Shown: positions 12,640-29,276, counted from the first letter of the stretch. The stretch is 64,000 bases of DNA from Eledone cirrhosa (GCA_964016885.1 OZ024743.1:211110001-211174000); one strand, 5' to 3'. Notes: generated by a model from the sequence alone, not told the origin. Numbers and translations are program-made.

Positions 12640-13095
12640 CAATAATGTTTTGAACAGTTCTTTGATTCTTATATTTCATATAACTGCTCTGTAAATCATC
12701 TGATGTTTTTACATTGAGCTACTTAACTTACTGGTAATAAGGTAGTAATACATTACTGCCTACCACTATTTAGGGTTTGTATAAAAAATACATATAACTG
12801 CATAAGGTTTTTGTATTTACATAACCATAAATAGTATAATTAATACTATACATATATATATATATATACATATATATATATTTCGTTTCTGAATTTGTTT
12901 AGCAAGATTCTTTATCTGAAATCGTGTGTTGAAACCGATATTGTTATACTTTGGGAGGGTCATGTTGCCAATAAGAAACACACGCACCAGTTGCTTTCAC
13001 TTCAATTTATTATATATTTATAAATTTATAAATTTACAAATCTATAAATTTTTGGTTGGTTGGTTGGTTCCACAACCAGATAGTTGTTTATATAT

Positions 13096-13140
13096 AGTCA
13101 TAGTCCTTTCGTCACACACTCTGTGACCTCTTCAGTGACT
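13096..13140 (-). ncRNA. Hammerhead ribozyme in PLE2 pLTR
   Basis: agtca-CTGAAGA-g-gtcaca(gagtg)tgtgac-GAAA-ggac-TA-tgact. Confidence 0.78.
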
Positions 13141-13344
13141 GGGGATTCCTTTCTTTGTTTCTGTGCCTTTCCTTTCTTCTGTCCTACGCCATTTTGTTTC
13201 TGTGTGTGTGTTGTGTGCTCAGTTTGCGCATGCGCCACATCCGGGTGTCTGTGTGTGTTTGTGTTCATTTATCTATTTGTTTATTTATTTACATGTTGTT
13301 GGTTGGTTGTTTGTTCTATGTGTGTGTGTGTTTTCATTTTGTCC

Positions 13345-14403
13345 TTAATTGTAAGTTGTGATGTTGCTGTTCCACTCATATTTTCTATTTAATTTTGGTT
13401 GTAATTCTTTTATGTTTACTGCCTCTGTAATTTGCCTAAACATTGCATCTTTTCTGTGTGTAGATTCTATTTTTATTTCTATGTTCTCTAATTTACCCTT
13501 GTGTTCTATCTTAGCATGTTGGTAGAGTACAGATGATTCTTTATTATCTTGAATGTCTCGCCAGTGTTCATTTATCTGTTCCCCTATACTACGAGCTGTC
13601 TCACCTATGTACACTATATTTTTGTTTCTACATTGTCCTTCAGTACATCTTATGCTATACACTACATTTCTAGTTTTACAGTTAATATGGGGGCTTATTT
13701 TACAGGTTATACATTTCTTATCTATACATGAGGGTCTTTGGAACGGGTATGTCTTGCTAATAAGTGTTTTTACGGAGGTACCTGGTCTTTCTACTATCTT
13801 AATATTGAGTTTATGTTTATTTAGGGCCCTTCTAAATTTGTAGGCTGGTTCGCCTCTAGGGGTTGTATTGATGAACATTACACTCTGGTATTTATTGCTA
13901 TCATACCATGAGTTTATTCTATTGGCCTTGTTCCTAGTTCTTTCTATTCTATTCCAAAATTTGCTCCTATACAAGGGGCAGGTCCCATTTATGTCATTAT
14001 TTACCATTTTTTCCCATTTGGTTCTGGCTCCTCTATACACTCTGATTCTATCTCTCTGATTGTAGCCAGAGAACTGCATACGGTGGATGAAGTGTTGTAT
14101 GTGTCTCTCTAGTTCTTCGGGGTTGCACATGCGGGACACATTTCTCATCACCCGTACCAAATCCGCAATCAGTATGTTGATTTTGGTATGGTCCGAAATG
14201 GCCGAGTTTCGGTGGATCAGATGTTTGGAAGTCATGGGTTTGGCATAATGGGAATGGAGGATTTGTTTTTTGTTGTTAATGGTATCTAACCAGAGCTCTG
14301 TGTCTAGTACAGGTAATCGATGGTTGGGGTGTCTACTTGGGTAGTCTATAGTAACTCTAATGCTCTGGTGGATGGAGTTTGCTATTTGCTGGATGCTTTC
14401 CAT
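13345..14403 (-). CDS. PLE2 RT C-terminal part + GIY-YIG endonuclease
   Basis: 352-aa ORF with RT motif 6/7 region, thumb and GIY-YIG. Confidence 0.88.
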   Translation of the reverse strand: MESIQQIANSIHQSIRVTIDYPSRHPNHRLPVLDTELWLDTINNKKQILHSHYAKPMTSKHLIHRNSAISDHTKINILIADLVRVMRNVSRMCNPEELERHIQHFIHRMQFSGYNQRDRIRVYRGARTKWEKMVNNDINGTCPLYRSKFWNRIERTRNKANRINSWYDSNKYQSVMFINTTPRGEPAYKFRRALNKHKLNIKIVERPGTSVKTLISKTYPFQRPSCIDKKCITCKISPHINCKTRNVVYSIRCTEGQCRNKNIVYIGETARSIGEQINEHWRDIQDNKESSVLYQHAKIEHKGKLENIEIKIESTHRKDAMFRQITEAVNIKELQPKLNRKYEWNSNITTYN

Positions 14404-16534
14404 TGTGTTTTTCTTTAGTTCCTGACTGTTCTCTAGTGGGGGTGTCTTAACTACGATGTTTATATCATCTACGTTAGCGGGAGTACATTATCAGGGTTAA
14501 GCTGTCTTCTAATTGTTCTTTAAGTTTAAGTTTAAGTCTACTGTCCCACCATACCATGAATAAGTTAGCTATGTCGCCTGCAATGCTAACACCAATGGCT
14601 GCTCCTTCCTCTTGGGCATATGTTTTTCCATTAAATTTGAACATATGTTCCTTAAGGGTTAATTTTATGCTGGCCCCTACCGCATGTGCAATCATTTTCC
14701 TCAGTTCATCGTGGTTTTCGGGTGTCCGTATGGCTCTGGTCCACCCGTTTCATCTATCCGTGTGGGTTTTCTTGGCCATTGAGGTAATGGTAGGTGGTCT
14801 GCCTCTTGTTGGTCTTGTAGGGCACAGGTTGCTAAGGTCATAAGTGTCTAGGTAACTATTACTATGGGTAAGCTTAAGTAGAAGTCCCAGCTCACTGGTA
14901 TCAATCCCACGGAACTCAACCTTGCTCTCGCTGATCATTTCTACGCATTTCTCCACAGCAAAATCCACGTCAATAGATGGATACAGGGACACAACATCCA
15001 TACTGCCTATTAAGGTCCCCAGATCGGTTACTCACGCCGATTCTGCTGAGGAGGTCCTCCGTGCTGTCACATACATCTGGGGACATCTCAATGATGGGGC
15101 GTATGATCAGGGAGAGGAAGTAGGACAGTCTGTAGTTACTAGCAATGTTAGCTCCACAGACTGGCCGTGTTGGTGGTCCCGCGACAGGATCACAGCCCGT
15201 TTTATGGTCTTTTCGAAGCCCATACAACGCCGGCACGTCATTGTTCCAGGCCTGGAAGTTGTTGGCAGTCCTTTTGTTGGGCTGCATTATATTCGTCCAC
15301 ATCACCATATGGGCATTGAGGGCTTTTTCTCTATCCTCGTGCTCCTGTGGTGTTACCTCTCTTGTGTTAGTGATGTGGGGGTTGCATTGCCTGGATGTAG
15401 TTTGGCAGGCTGTCAACCGACATTCTGCCAGACTTGTCTGTTGGAAAGCATGCTATCTCTCCATTACGTGAGCGCTGCATGAGCTTACGCAAGCCATTTG
15501 CAGATTTTTCTCCCAGTTGCTGGGCCTCTATTCTATTATGCTTCTTGCTATACTGTTCTATAATATTTCTAAGTTCGGATCTAGCTATACTAAATTGTGC
15601 TTCTGTTTGTTCATCGACCTGCGACGGCAACTGCGTGCGTTTGTTAAATGGTAAAGTCGTGGCGTGGACTCGTCGCAGGTCGAATGATTTATCGGAGGGA
15701 TTATAAAACGGAGAGTTCCAGGCTGCTGCTTTATGTGTACTAGTGCTATTGTTATTGTTAGTTGTGTTGTTTCTATTTCTATTTCCACCAACAGCCTCAT
15801 GGTTGTTTCTATGTCTCTCATAATTACTCCTGTCTCTTTCCACTGGCTCAATGTTGTTATCTACCCTATTTTGTGTGTCTGTGTGTTCGTCTTGGTTATT
15901 CTCTTTGTCCTTAGTCTCCCTTCTCCTTTTCCTTTTAATCCTATTACTTTCCCTTATTTCTGTGATTTCTGTGCTACTGTCATTACTTATTTTCTGTGTC
16001 TGTGTGTTTGTTAAGATTGTGGTGGTGGTGAGAGGCATTGAATGCGTGTGTGTTGTTGTTGTTGATGTGTGCTGTTGTTGATGTGTTGTTGTTGTTGTCT
16101 CCGTGTGTGTTATCGTTGTTGTGTGTGTTGTTATTGTTGTTTGTGTCTGCGTGTCTGTTGTTGTTGTTTCTGGGTATGTTGCTATTGTTGTTGTTGTTGT
16201 TGTTTCTGGGTATGTTGCTATTGTTGTTGTTGTTGTTGATGTGTGTGTTGTTATTGTTGTTTGTGTCTGTGTGTCTGTTGTTGTTGGGATGTGTGTTGTA
16301 TATGTGTGTGCGTATATTGTTGCTTTTGTTTTTGATGCTCCAGCGTAGTTTTGTAAATGATTTTTCTATTTCTGACAGACAACTAATCATATTTACCTTC
16401 TTGAATGTCGCAAATTTCGGCGGCAAACATAACACAGACATTTCATCATTATCTATTTTTGCGTTCCCATATATGTTAGTGTTTTTGTTGTTGAACTCTT
16501 CTAATAATGAGGTGTCGGCCATGTTGATACCATG

Positions 16535-18234
16535 TTGATACCATTAACAACCAAAAACAAATCCTCCATTCCCATTATGCCAAACCCATGACTTCCAAAC
16601 ATCTGATCCACCGAAACTCGGCCATGGTATGGTGGGACAGTAGACTTAAACTTAAACTTAAAGAACAATTAGAAGACCCCTTAACCCTGATAATGTACTC
16701 CCGCTACGTAGATGACATAAACATCGTAGTTAAGACACCCCCACTAGAGAACAGTCAGGAACTAAAGAAAAACACAATGGAAAGCATCCAGCAAATAGCA
16801 AACTCCATCCACCAGAGCATTAGAGTTACTATAGACTACCCAAGTAGACACCCCAACCATCGATTACCTGTACTAGACACAGAGCTCTGGTTAGATACCA
16901 TTAACAACAAAAAACAAATCCTCCATTCCCATTATGCCAAACCCATGACTTCCAAACATCTGATCCACCGAAACTCGGCCATTTCGGACCATACCAAAAT
17001 CAACATACTGATTGCGGATTTGGTACGGGTGATGAGAAATGTGTCCCGCATGTGCAACCCCGAAGAACTAGAGAGACACATACAACACTTCATCCACCGT
17101 ATGCAGTTCTCTGGCTACAATCAGAGAGATAGAATCAGAGTGTATAGAGGAGCCAGAACCAAATGGGAAAAAATGGTAAATAATGACATAAATGGGACCT
17201 GCCCCTTGTATAGGAGCAAATTTTGGAATAGAATAGAAAGAACTAGGAACAAGGCCAATAGAATAAACTCATGGTATGATAGCAATACCAGAGTGTAATG
17301 TTCATCAATACAACCCCTAGAGGCGAACCAGCCTACAAATTTAGAAGGGCCCTAAATAAACATAAACTCAATATTAAGATAGTAGAAAGACCAGGTACCT
17401 CCGTAAAAACACTTATTAGCAAGACATACCCGTTCCAAAGACCCTCATGTATAGATAAGAAATGTATAACCTGTAAAATAAGCCCCCATATTAACTGTAA
17501 AACTAGAAATGTAGTGTATAGCATAAGATGTACTGAAGGACAATGTAGAAACAAAAATATAGTGTACATAGGTGAGACAGCTCGTAGTATAAGGGAACGG
17601 ATAAATGAACACTGGCGAGACCTTCAAGATAATAAAGAATCATCTGTACTCTACCAACATGCTAAGATAGAACACAAGGGTAAATTAGAGAACATAGAAA
17701 TAAAAATAGAATCTACACACAGAAAAGATGCAATGTTTAGGCAAATTACAGAGGCAGTAAACATAAAAGAATTACAACCAAAATTAAATAGAAAATATGA
17801 GTGGAACAGCAACATCACAACTTACAATTAAGGACAAAATGAAAACACACACACACATAGAACAAACAACCAACCAACAACATGTAAATAAATAAACAAA
17901 TAGATAAATGAACACAAACACACACAGACACCCGGATGTGGCGCATGCGCAAACTGAGCACACAACACACACACAGAAACAAAATGGCGTAGGACAGAAG
18001 AAAGGAAAGGCACAGAAACAAAGAAAGGAATCCCCAGTCACTGAAGAGGTCACAGAGTGTGTGACGAAAGGACTATGACTATATATAAACAACTATCTGG
18101 TTGTGGAACCAACCAACCAACCAGAAATTTATAGATTTGTAAATTTATAAATTTATAAATATATAATAAATTGAAGTGAAAGCAACTGGTGCGTGTGTTT
18201 TTTATTGGCAACATGACCCTCCCAAAGTATAACC
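16535..18234 (+). mobile_element. Inverted 3' copy of PLE2 (YVDD RT motif, GIY-YIG, pLTR)
   Basis: ORFs 16588-17298 and 17298-17831 are nearly identical to the minus copy at 13345-14558. Confidence 0.92.
18036..18080 (+). ncRNA. Hammerhead ribozyme in the inverted PLE2 copy
   Basis: Identical to 13096-13140. Confidence 0.78.
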
Positions 18235-22210
<3,976 letters not shown>

Positions 22211-22224
22211 CTATATATATATAC

Positions 22225-22287
<63 letters not shown>

Positions 22288-22493
22288 ATATATATATATA
22301 CATATATAAATACATAATCGGAGAAAGCTAAAAGCGATACTCCGGCCAAATTCCAGCTCACTCAACAAACATTAGGAAATACCTGAGTATATTCCTAATT
22401 AAACGTTCGGGGTTCTAACTAATTGTATTGTGTGGAAAATTGGCTGTATCATTTCATATGAGATATACACACACATATATATATATACAGACC

Positions 22494-22551
<58 letters not shown>

Positions 22552-23536
22552 GAGGCACACACATACATACGTGTGTGTGTCTAACGTGTCCTGTTTTAAA
22601 AAAAACGTATCATATGATGAAGGTTTATAAGGCTGCTATTAATAGAATGAATTACCAAGTATAGATCGTGTCCTATAAATATTTTGTAATTCGTTTAGCC
22701 AATATATACAAAAGATGAAAGCTTAATAATATTCTGTTGAAAAGATAGGATATTTTAGAATTATCTTTTTTTTAATTAAAAAAACTCCACCAAGTTTGTG
22801 AACTTGGTTAAAATAATGGGTGGGTATATCACTTGTAATTAATTTATTCCAGCTGAAAAGCGTTAAGGAAAGCATGCTTCGTTTTATTTATGATTGAAAT
22901 TAAGCATTAAGTTTAATTCATTTTTTTTTTTATTCTAAACTTTAAAAAATAAAATATTTTGTTTTATGAAAAACGTTTTAAAATTATGGTTAAGCTGTTA
23001 AAAATAAATTGTCTACGAAAGAAATCTTGGCTGGATCTCTCATAAGTCACTTCCGATTACTTTCAACGTGAGCCCCCACTTTGTAAGTTGTCTTATTTTA
23101 TACCAAAAAACTCACTTTATTTCTTATACAAACATTTATAATTTTCTATCTATAAATATATTGATTTTCTACTATGTAATAAATAATCAATAAGCACTTA
23201 TATGGTGCTATATTTATTTTCACTCTGTGTGATACTTTATTTCATAAATATATACTTAATAGTTGAACAAACAACATTACAAATCGTTTGCAATTCCTTC
23301 AGAATGAAAATATAAACAGCATATAAATAAATTTACAGTAGAATAACATAACAAATATGTTTTAAATATATACATAAATAACATTACAAATGCCTCGGTA
23401 ACACTACAAAGGATGATACAATGAAAGATATATTCCTTCAATGCTACAATATTAAAGAAAATGTAAAGAAACGGGTGAACAATGGAGCCAACACCAGAGC
23501 AAAAGACAGCAGCATCGCGAGTACTGGGCAACCTCT

Positions 23537-23603
23537 CTAATGATTTTTGAGGCAAGCCAGCACACTCGCAGCATTGCCTCGGGTGATGGCGAGGCTGATG
23601 CCC
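23537..23603 (-). mobile_element. Relic C-terminus of a CRE-type (restriction-like endonuclease) non-LTR retrotransposon
   Basis: Translates GISLAITRGNAASVLACLKNH*, resembling the CRE terminal motif (L/I)S(L/V)AIQRGNA. Confidence 0.6.
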
Positions 23604-24314
23604 TATCCATATATAAATACGTATATCTATCAGAGTGAATGAATGTTCATAGCTACCTTAATCGTTCATTCATTTACACATGTAACAAAGTAGAATTTGT
23701 TCTAAAAGCCGACACTTTCTGTAGTTCGAATGTAAAATGAAAACTTTTAAGAAAAATGTGTTTATCCCACTTATTTTTTCTTAATTATGCCTAATATGTC
23801 CACTATAGCTATCTATATAGGAACATTTAATGTTTTTTTTATTGCATCATACTTTCGTTCCTTCCATTTAGAAATGTTGTTTAACTATTGATAAATTAAA
23901 AAATAACACATCAAAACAACCCCTAACAACTTAAAATTATTTAGTGATTATTAATTTATTTTAATTAACTTGATTGGCTGCGCAAGGTCTCATTTATGAA
24001 ATTGTACTACGCTCACTTTCTTTTACTTAGGGCATTAATTTGGAGTGTCACCGACTGATAACTCAACGTGGCCGGCACTGCATCATCCATCATCTAACGC
24101 CAGTTTTCCTTGCTAGCAAGGGACGTACAGGTGTATTTTATCTTGAGACCAGCACTGATACAACTAAAGAGTTCTCCTCTTGATCTTTTGTGTACTGTGT
24201 TTTATCGTGTCCACAACAACACTAGAAATGTTGTCATGTCCTTTAAATGCGGCTCAACTACAATTTAGTGCTACTTCTTGATTTTTTCTATTTTCAACGG
24301 AAACTTCAATACAT

Positions 24315-24374
<60 letters not shown>

Positions 24375-25136
24375 GCCTTCTACAGGACTAGAACTGTTTC
24401 ATTCGGGAGAAACCCGATTGAACTCGGAATAAACTTATATATATATATATTAACAAAAACACAGCCAACACTCTACAGTAATAAAACTAAATTTATGCAC
24501 TCTGAACAGATGATTGCAGCTGCATAACTGCAATTCACTAGATTTGTTGAGTAAGCTAGACGCTGGCCGAAGGACGCTGTATTTATACCAACGATCTTCG
24601 TTAATAGTGTTTATATATTAAGAGAGATGTAAAATTCCGACCGCGGCATTACATTTGTGAGGTTCCTACCAATAATTAATTGTATTTATTATGTATTAGA
24701 AAAAAAGAAAAAGGCTTAAACAATATTGAAAGTCTGTTGGCTGCAACTCTAAAGAAAAAGTAGCCCAGCGGAATATATATATATATATTTCCGTGTTTGC
24801 CAAGCTAACCAATACTCAATTGAAAGCCAATATAATGATTTTCACATGCAGCTTTTTCCGCATTTAAATCGGTACACTATTCTATTAGATCTATAGTGCA
24901 TGTTATATATAATCTTAATATGCATTTTCAAAAATGTATCTCTCAAAAATATACATTATTAAGAATGTATATTTTTATTTCGCAAAACTATGAGTACAAA
25001 TGACACTTAAGACAAAAGAGTACTCAATACCGAAGTAGAGTTTAAATATTCATTTTATTGAGGCTGAATTGTTCATGTCTGGTGACCCCCAGAAGAAGCA
25101 GATGAAAGTTTCGAGTAACAAGACTCACTATTTAAC

Positions 25137-25187
<51 letters not shown>

Positions 25188-25765
25188 CATACGTTAAGTT
25201 TAATGTTCGGGGAAAGTGAAAGTAAATTTTCTTACAAGTGAATTTGTTTGTTGTTTTTTTTTACAGTGAAAGTTATGATACACACGGAATTGTATGGATT
25301 TCTTAAAATATATATATGTGTGGGTGTGTATATGTTTGTATATATGTGTGTACACTGTGAATTTGTTTGTTTATTTACAACAGGTCTCTATAGTGATCTT
25401 GTGTTAATTAGTATTGTGTGTGTGATTATTTTTTCTTATATATATATATGTGTGGGTGTGTATATCTGTGTATATATATGTATGTCTGTATATATATATA
25501 TATATGTGTGGGTGTGTATATCTGTATATATATGTGTGTCTGTATGTATATATATATATGTGTGTTTGTATATATATATATGTTTGTGTCATCATCATCG
25601 TTTAGATGTTTTTGTAATATCTTGCTATTTAAAAACACACAATGTCACCATTTATTTAATATTTACAATTTCATATATATATATATTGCTTTCCACCTGT
25701 TTATGGTGGGGCCGATAACGTTGTTAGAACTCGTTTCAGCCTTGAAGAAATAGTTACGGCGAGTG

Positions 25766-25831
<66 letters not shown>

Positions 25832-26059
25832 GAGAGAGTTCAGATAAGGTGAAAAAAAACAACGTATTGCACGTTCTTACGTAGTCTGGCGAAACATTTG
25901 CCGTTTGATTAAATATATAATTAACAGCCGTCGTTTTTTTGTTTACATTTGTGTGTGTATATGTATACACACACCGTTTATGTTAGGCTGTTTACCAATA
26001 GGTAGAACAACTGGTGGTTCCGGTTGGTAAACGATGTTGCAATAAATTATATATTTATA

Positions 26060-26215
26060 CACATTGCCACGGGTGATAGCGAGGCTAAGACGTTGAAATA
26101 AACAAGCACCGTCGCCAGGAGCATCACCTGATACGTCGTTGGTTAGGCAAGCGGCCAACAATAACAACAACCTCGTTGTCAACGACCCAGCTCCCCTAAA
26201 CATCTTCAACATCAC
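26060..26215 (-). mobile_element. Second CRE-type relic
   Basis: ...SGDAPGDGACLFQRLSLAITRGN. Confidence 0.6.
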
Positions 26216-27198
26216 AGGCTAAAAAAAAAATGTTTGTCAATAATTCCTGGAATTTTAATCCGTTTTAGGACTAATGAAGTGGCTCTCACCTTCACCACAA
26301 CATCCAGGATGTTGGAAGAAGAGAAAGAGTCGCTGTGATGTCCTTAATGAGACATCTATCTCTTACCCACCAGAAGCTTTTAAATTGATGTTCTATTCTC
26401 TCAGGTGTGTAATATATGTTATATAATTAGACGAGCGACAACCTCTGAATTGAATCAACATCGTAGTTAAAATTCCACATTTTTGGGAAATAGATGGTCG
26501 TCGTAACGACAATAATGCTGACCTTCAATGCACAATGTCGAAATCACACCTGTCTAACTTGTTAGAGATGACATCATAGCAACTTAACCGGAAACAAAAT
26601 ATATACTTACGAAAATCGACCAGAAAAGTAATTAATTTGCCTAGAATTTAGTTGCCCCCGACTCCTCCCATTTAGTTTCTTTCCAACTTTCTTAATAATA
26701 CATCTTTTTAATGAAATTCTGTAGATACATTTTCCATGATGTAGAATAACGATTATGTTAATTATTTAAAAAATACTTTCATTATTCTATAGTTCCGTTC
26801 GGTTAATGCTTTCATTTACAGAATATTTTTGGTTTACGTGTGCAGAAATGTTTAATCTCGGAAATTTGTTCATTATGCCTTCCAATGCCATGTTGATAAT
26901 AAGTAATACGAATCAGGATAATGTTATAGATTTGTACATACATGTATAATAGTAAGATTCTGTTCTTGTCATGTGTGTACGTGCGTTGTTGTTCGTTCTC
27001 TCCCCCCCCCCCCCCTCATTCCTCAATATTGTAAGCAAATGGGAGCCCACGCGCCGGCGGTCCCGGCGGGCAGAATGGAGACGTGTTGGAAGAGCCATTC
27101 CAGCTCGCGAGGATCACACCTGCGGGTAACCAACCCCGTGCCGATAGTGGTGAGTAGGGAAGTGATCCTATGACCAGGGATACCAGAAGTCTCCACTA

Positions 27199-27520
27199 TA
27201 TAGTCTCGGGTCCCAAATATTAGGATTTGGAATAAGCTGGGGGTGGAGTGGAAAATCGGTAATTTTTCTAGGTTGTCTCCGTTGATTTAAAAAAACAAAA
27301 CAGAATTAGTCGTTTAGTTTATTCATTGAGACCCCAACCTATCCTATTTATTTTATAACATGAGATTTCTAATGTTATTTATTGTATAAAGAAAATTCAT
27401 TGTTGCAGGAATGCTACCACTTAAAATAAAATTTCGCCGGAGATAGATTAACAAAATTTAACAAGCGGGGTTTGGTGGGTGGAAAAAATCTGAATAATTA
27501 TTAAGCAGGGCTAGTGTGAC
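27199..27520. mobile_element. MITE (TA-flanked, TIR resembling TACTCTCGGGTCCC)
   Basis: Homologous to 62612-62881 and, inverted, to 57560-58002. Confidence 0.65.
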
Positions 27521-27714
27521 TTTTCCCCTACCCCAAATTGTTGGCCTTCTGCCTAAATCAGAAAACATATAAAACAAAAGAAAAGGGAAAGGAATTTAAT
27601 TCACAGCAATAAAGTCAGATTACTGCATCTCACTCTTGTTACATTCTGGTATAGTTTCAATGGTTAGGTATCCTTCCTAATGTCAACCATTTCATGGTAT
27701 ATACCAGATGCATT

Positions 27715-28197
27715 TTATTGTGGCACTGTCCCTACCATCTGAGAGGGTGCTCTCTATTGTGACACCAGCACTACCACCTAACACAGTGCTATCTATAGTG
27801 GCACCAGCACTACCACTTTACCATGTGAGTTAGGTGCATTTCATTGTGGCACCAGCACTACCACCTGACAGGGTGCTATCTATTGTGGCACCATCACTAC
27901 CACTTTACCATGTGGGTTGGGTGTATTTTATCGTGGCTCCCTCACTACCTTCTGACAGTGCTGTCTATAGTTGCACCAGCAATACTACATAACAGTGTAG
28001 GCTGGGTGTATTTTATTGTGGCACTGTCCCTACCACCTGACAGGGTGCTGTCTATTGTAGCACCAGCACTACCACTTTACTGCGTGGGTCAGGTGTATTT
28101 TATTGTGGAACCCTCACTACCACCTGACAGGGTGCTATCTATAGTGGCACCATCACTACCACTTTACTGTGTGGGTTGTGTGTATTTTATTGTGGCC
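27715..28197. repeat. Degenerate minisatellite (attgtggcacc...ctaccacctgacagggtgct units)
   Basis: Recurring ~35-45-bp mosaic units. Confidence 0.8.
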
Positions 28198-28438
28198 AAA
28201 ACCAGCTCTGGTTCTATGAAATAAAACCAACTATTTTAAAGGTTTCCAATTTAAATTAAAATCTTCCACCATAATTTTATATAAGAACTTTACATTACGT
28301 TTATGAAATAATTAATAATTTTAGTAAATCCCTCAAAATTCTTTATTAATTAATTGAAAGAGAGTATATGGTAAATGGCACTTGACCAAAATGCCAAATG
28401 TTAGGAACCTGAGACCTAAAGATTGTGAAGAAAACTCC

Positions 28439-28666
28439 TTAACCCTTTAGCATTCACATTACTCTATATATACTATTATATTTTCATGATAAATGCTTTA
28501 TCTCACATAATTATCTCACATAATATCGAATCTATGAGATTTTGAAAGAATTTTTTTTGAGAACAATACCTTAACATCAGTTTGAGTGACCAGTTACAGC
28601 CAGTTTCAACAGAAAAAGGTAGAGAATTCTGTCTGGTTTTGGCCGGTTTGAACATTAAAGGGTTAA
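28439..28666. mobile_element. TTAA-flanked MITE with CCCTTTA...TAAAGGG termini (piggyBac-like)
   Basis: ttaa-cccttta at 28439 and taaaggg-ttaa ending at 28666. Confidence 0.65.
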
Positions 28667-28974
28667 TCATTTGATGATAAATGCTCTCAGTACACTTTGT
28701 AAAGTGGTTGGTGTTAGGAATGGCATCCAGCTGTAGAAACCATGTTCCCAGTACACTCTGTAAAGTGGTTGGTGTTAGGAATGGCATCTAGCTGTAGAAA
28801 CCATGCTCCCAGTATACTGTGTTAAATGGTTGGTATTAAGAATGGCATCCAGCTGTAGAAACGAAGCCAAAAATGGAATATATGAGCAAGACATGATCAC
28901 CTGACTAATCAATCTATACTCTGGATCTGACAACCAATTTAACTCAGGCAAACATTGAAAATTGATGTTAAAGA

Positions 28975-29276
28975 GAGATGATAATGGTGGTGGTGGTGGT
29001 GGTGGTGATGATGATTATGGTGATGGTGGTGGTGGTGGTGATGATGACAATGGTGATGACGATTGTAGGGATGATAGTGATGTTGATGAGGACAATTGTG
29101 GTGATAATGGTGATGTTGGTGGTGATGATGGTGACGATTGTGGTGGTGGTGATGATTTTGATGATTGTGATGCTGATGATAATGGTGATGATGATGGTGA
29201 CGATTGTGGCAATGATGTTGATGGTGATGATGGTGATGGCGACGATTGTGGCGATGATGGTGATGGTGATGATATA
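28975..29276. repeat. (GAT/GGT)n trinucleotide low-complexity tract
   Basis: Direct inspection. Confidence 0.9.

Larger units (their letters stand above)
9870..12850 (-). mobile_element. Penelope-like element 1: 5'-truncated body (12480->9870) with an inverted pLTR copy at 12481-~12850
   Basis: GIY-YIG ORF, long 3' UTR, hammerhead near the 3' end. 9870-10065 is the reverse complement of about 12482-12678. Inserted in (TA)n. Confidence 0.88.
12881..16530 (-). mobile_element. Penelope-like element 2 (Neptune/Nematis-like), frameshifted RT + GIY-YIG, pLTR and tail
   Basis: PTDKSGR, LYGLRKDHK, TRPVCGA, DVVSLYPSI, GAAIG...IANLFM, LPVLD, C-x4-C-x2-C, VVYSIRC...YIGETARS. Confidence 0.92.

Noticed and set aside
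12881-18234. Selenoprotein-encoding or N-terminal-EN (Naiad/Chlamys) PLE
   Set aside because: The endonuclease is C-terminal and the disruptions I traced are frameshifts; I saw no in-frame TGA at Cys positions.
25076-25122. Possible hammerhead (CTGGTGA...GAAA...TA)
   Set aside because: The core is mutated and helices II and III do not pair convincingly.
27715-28860. CRISPR-like repeat arrays (also 60140-60440)
   Set aside because: Degenerate minisatellites without unique spacers, in eukaryotic context with no cas genes.
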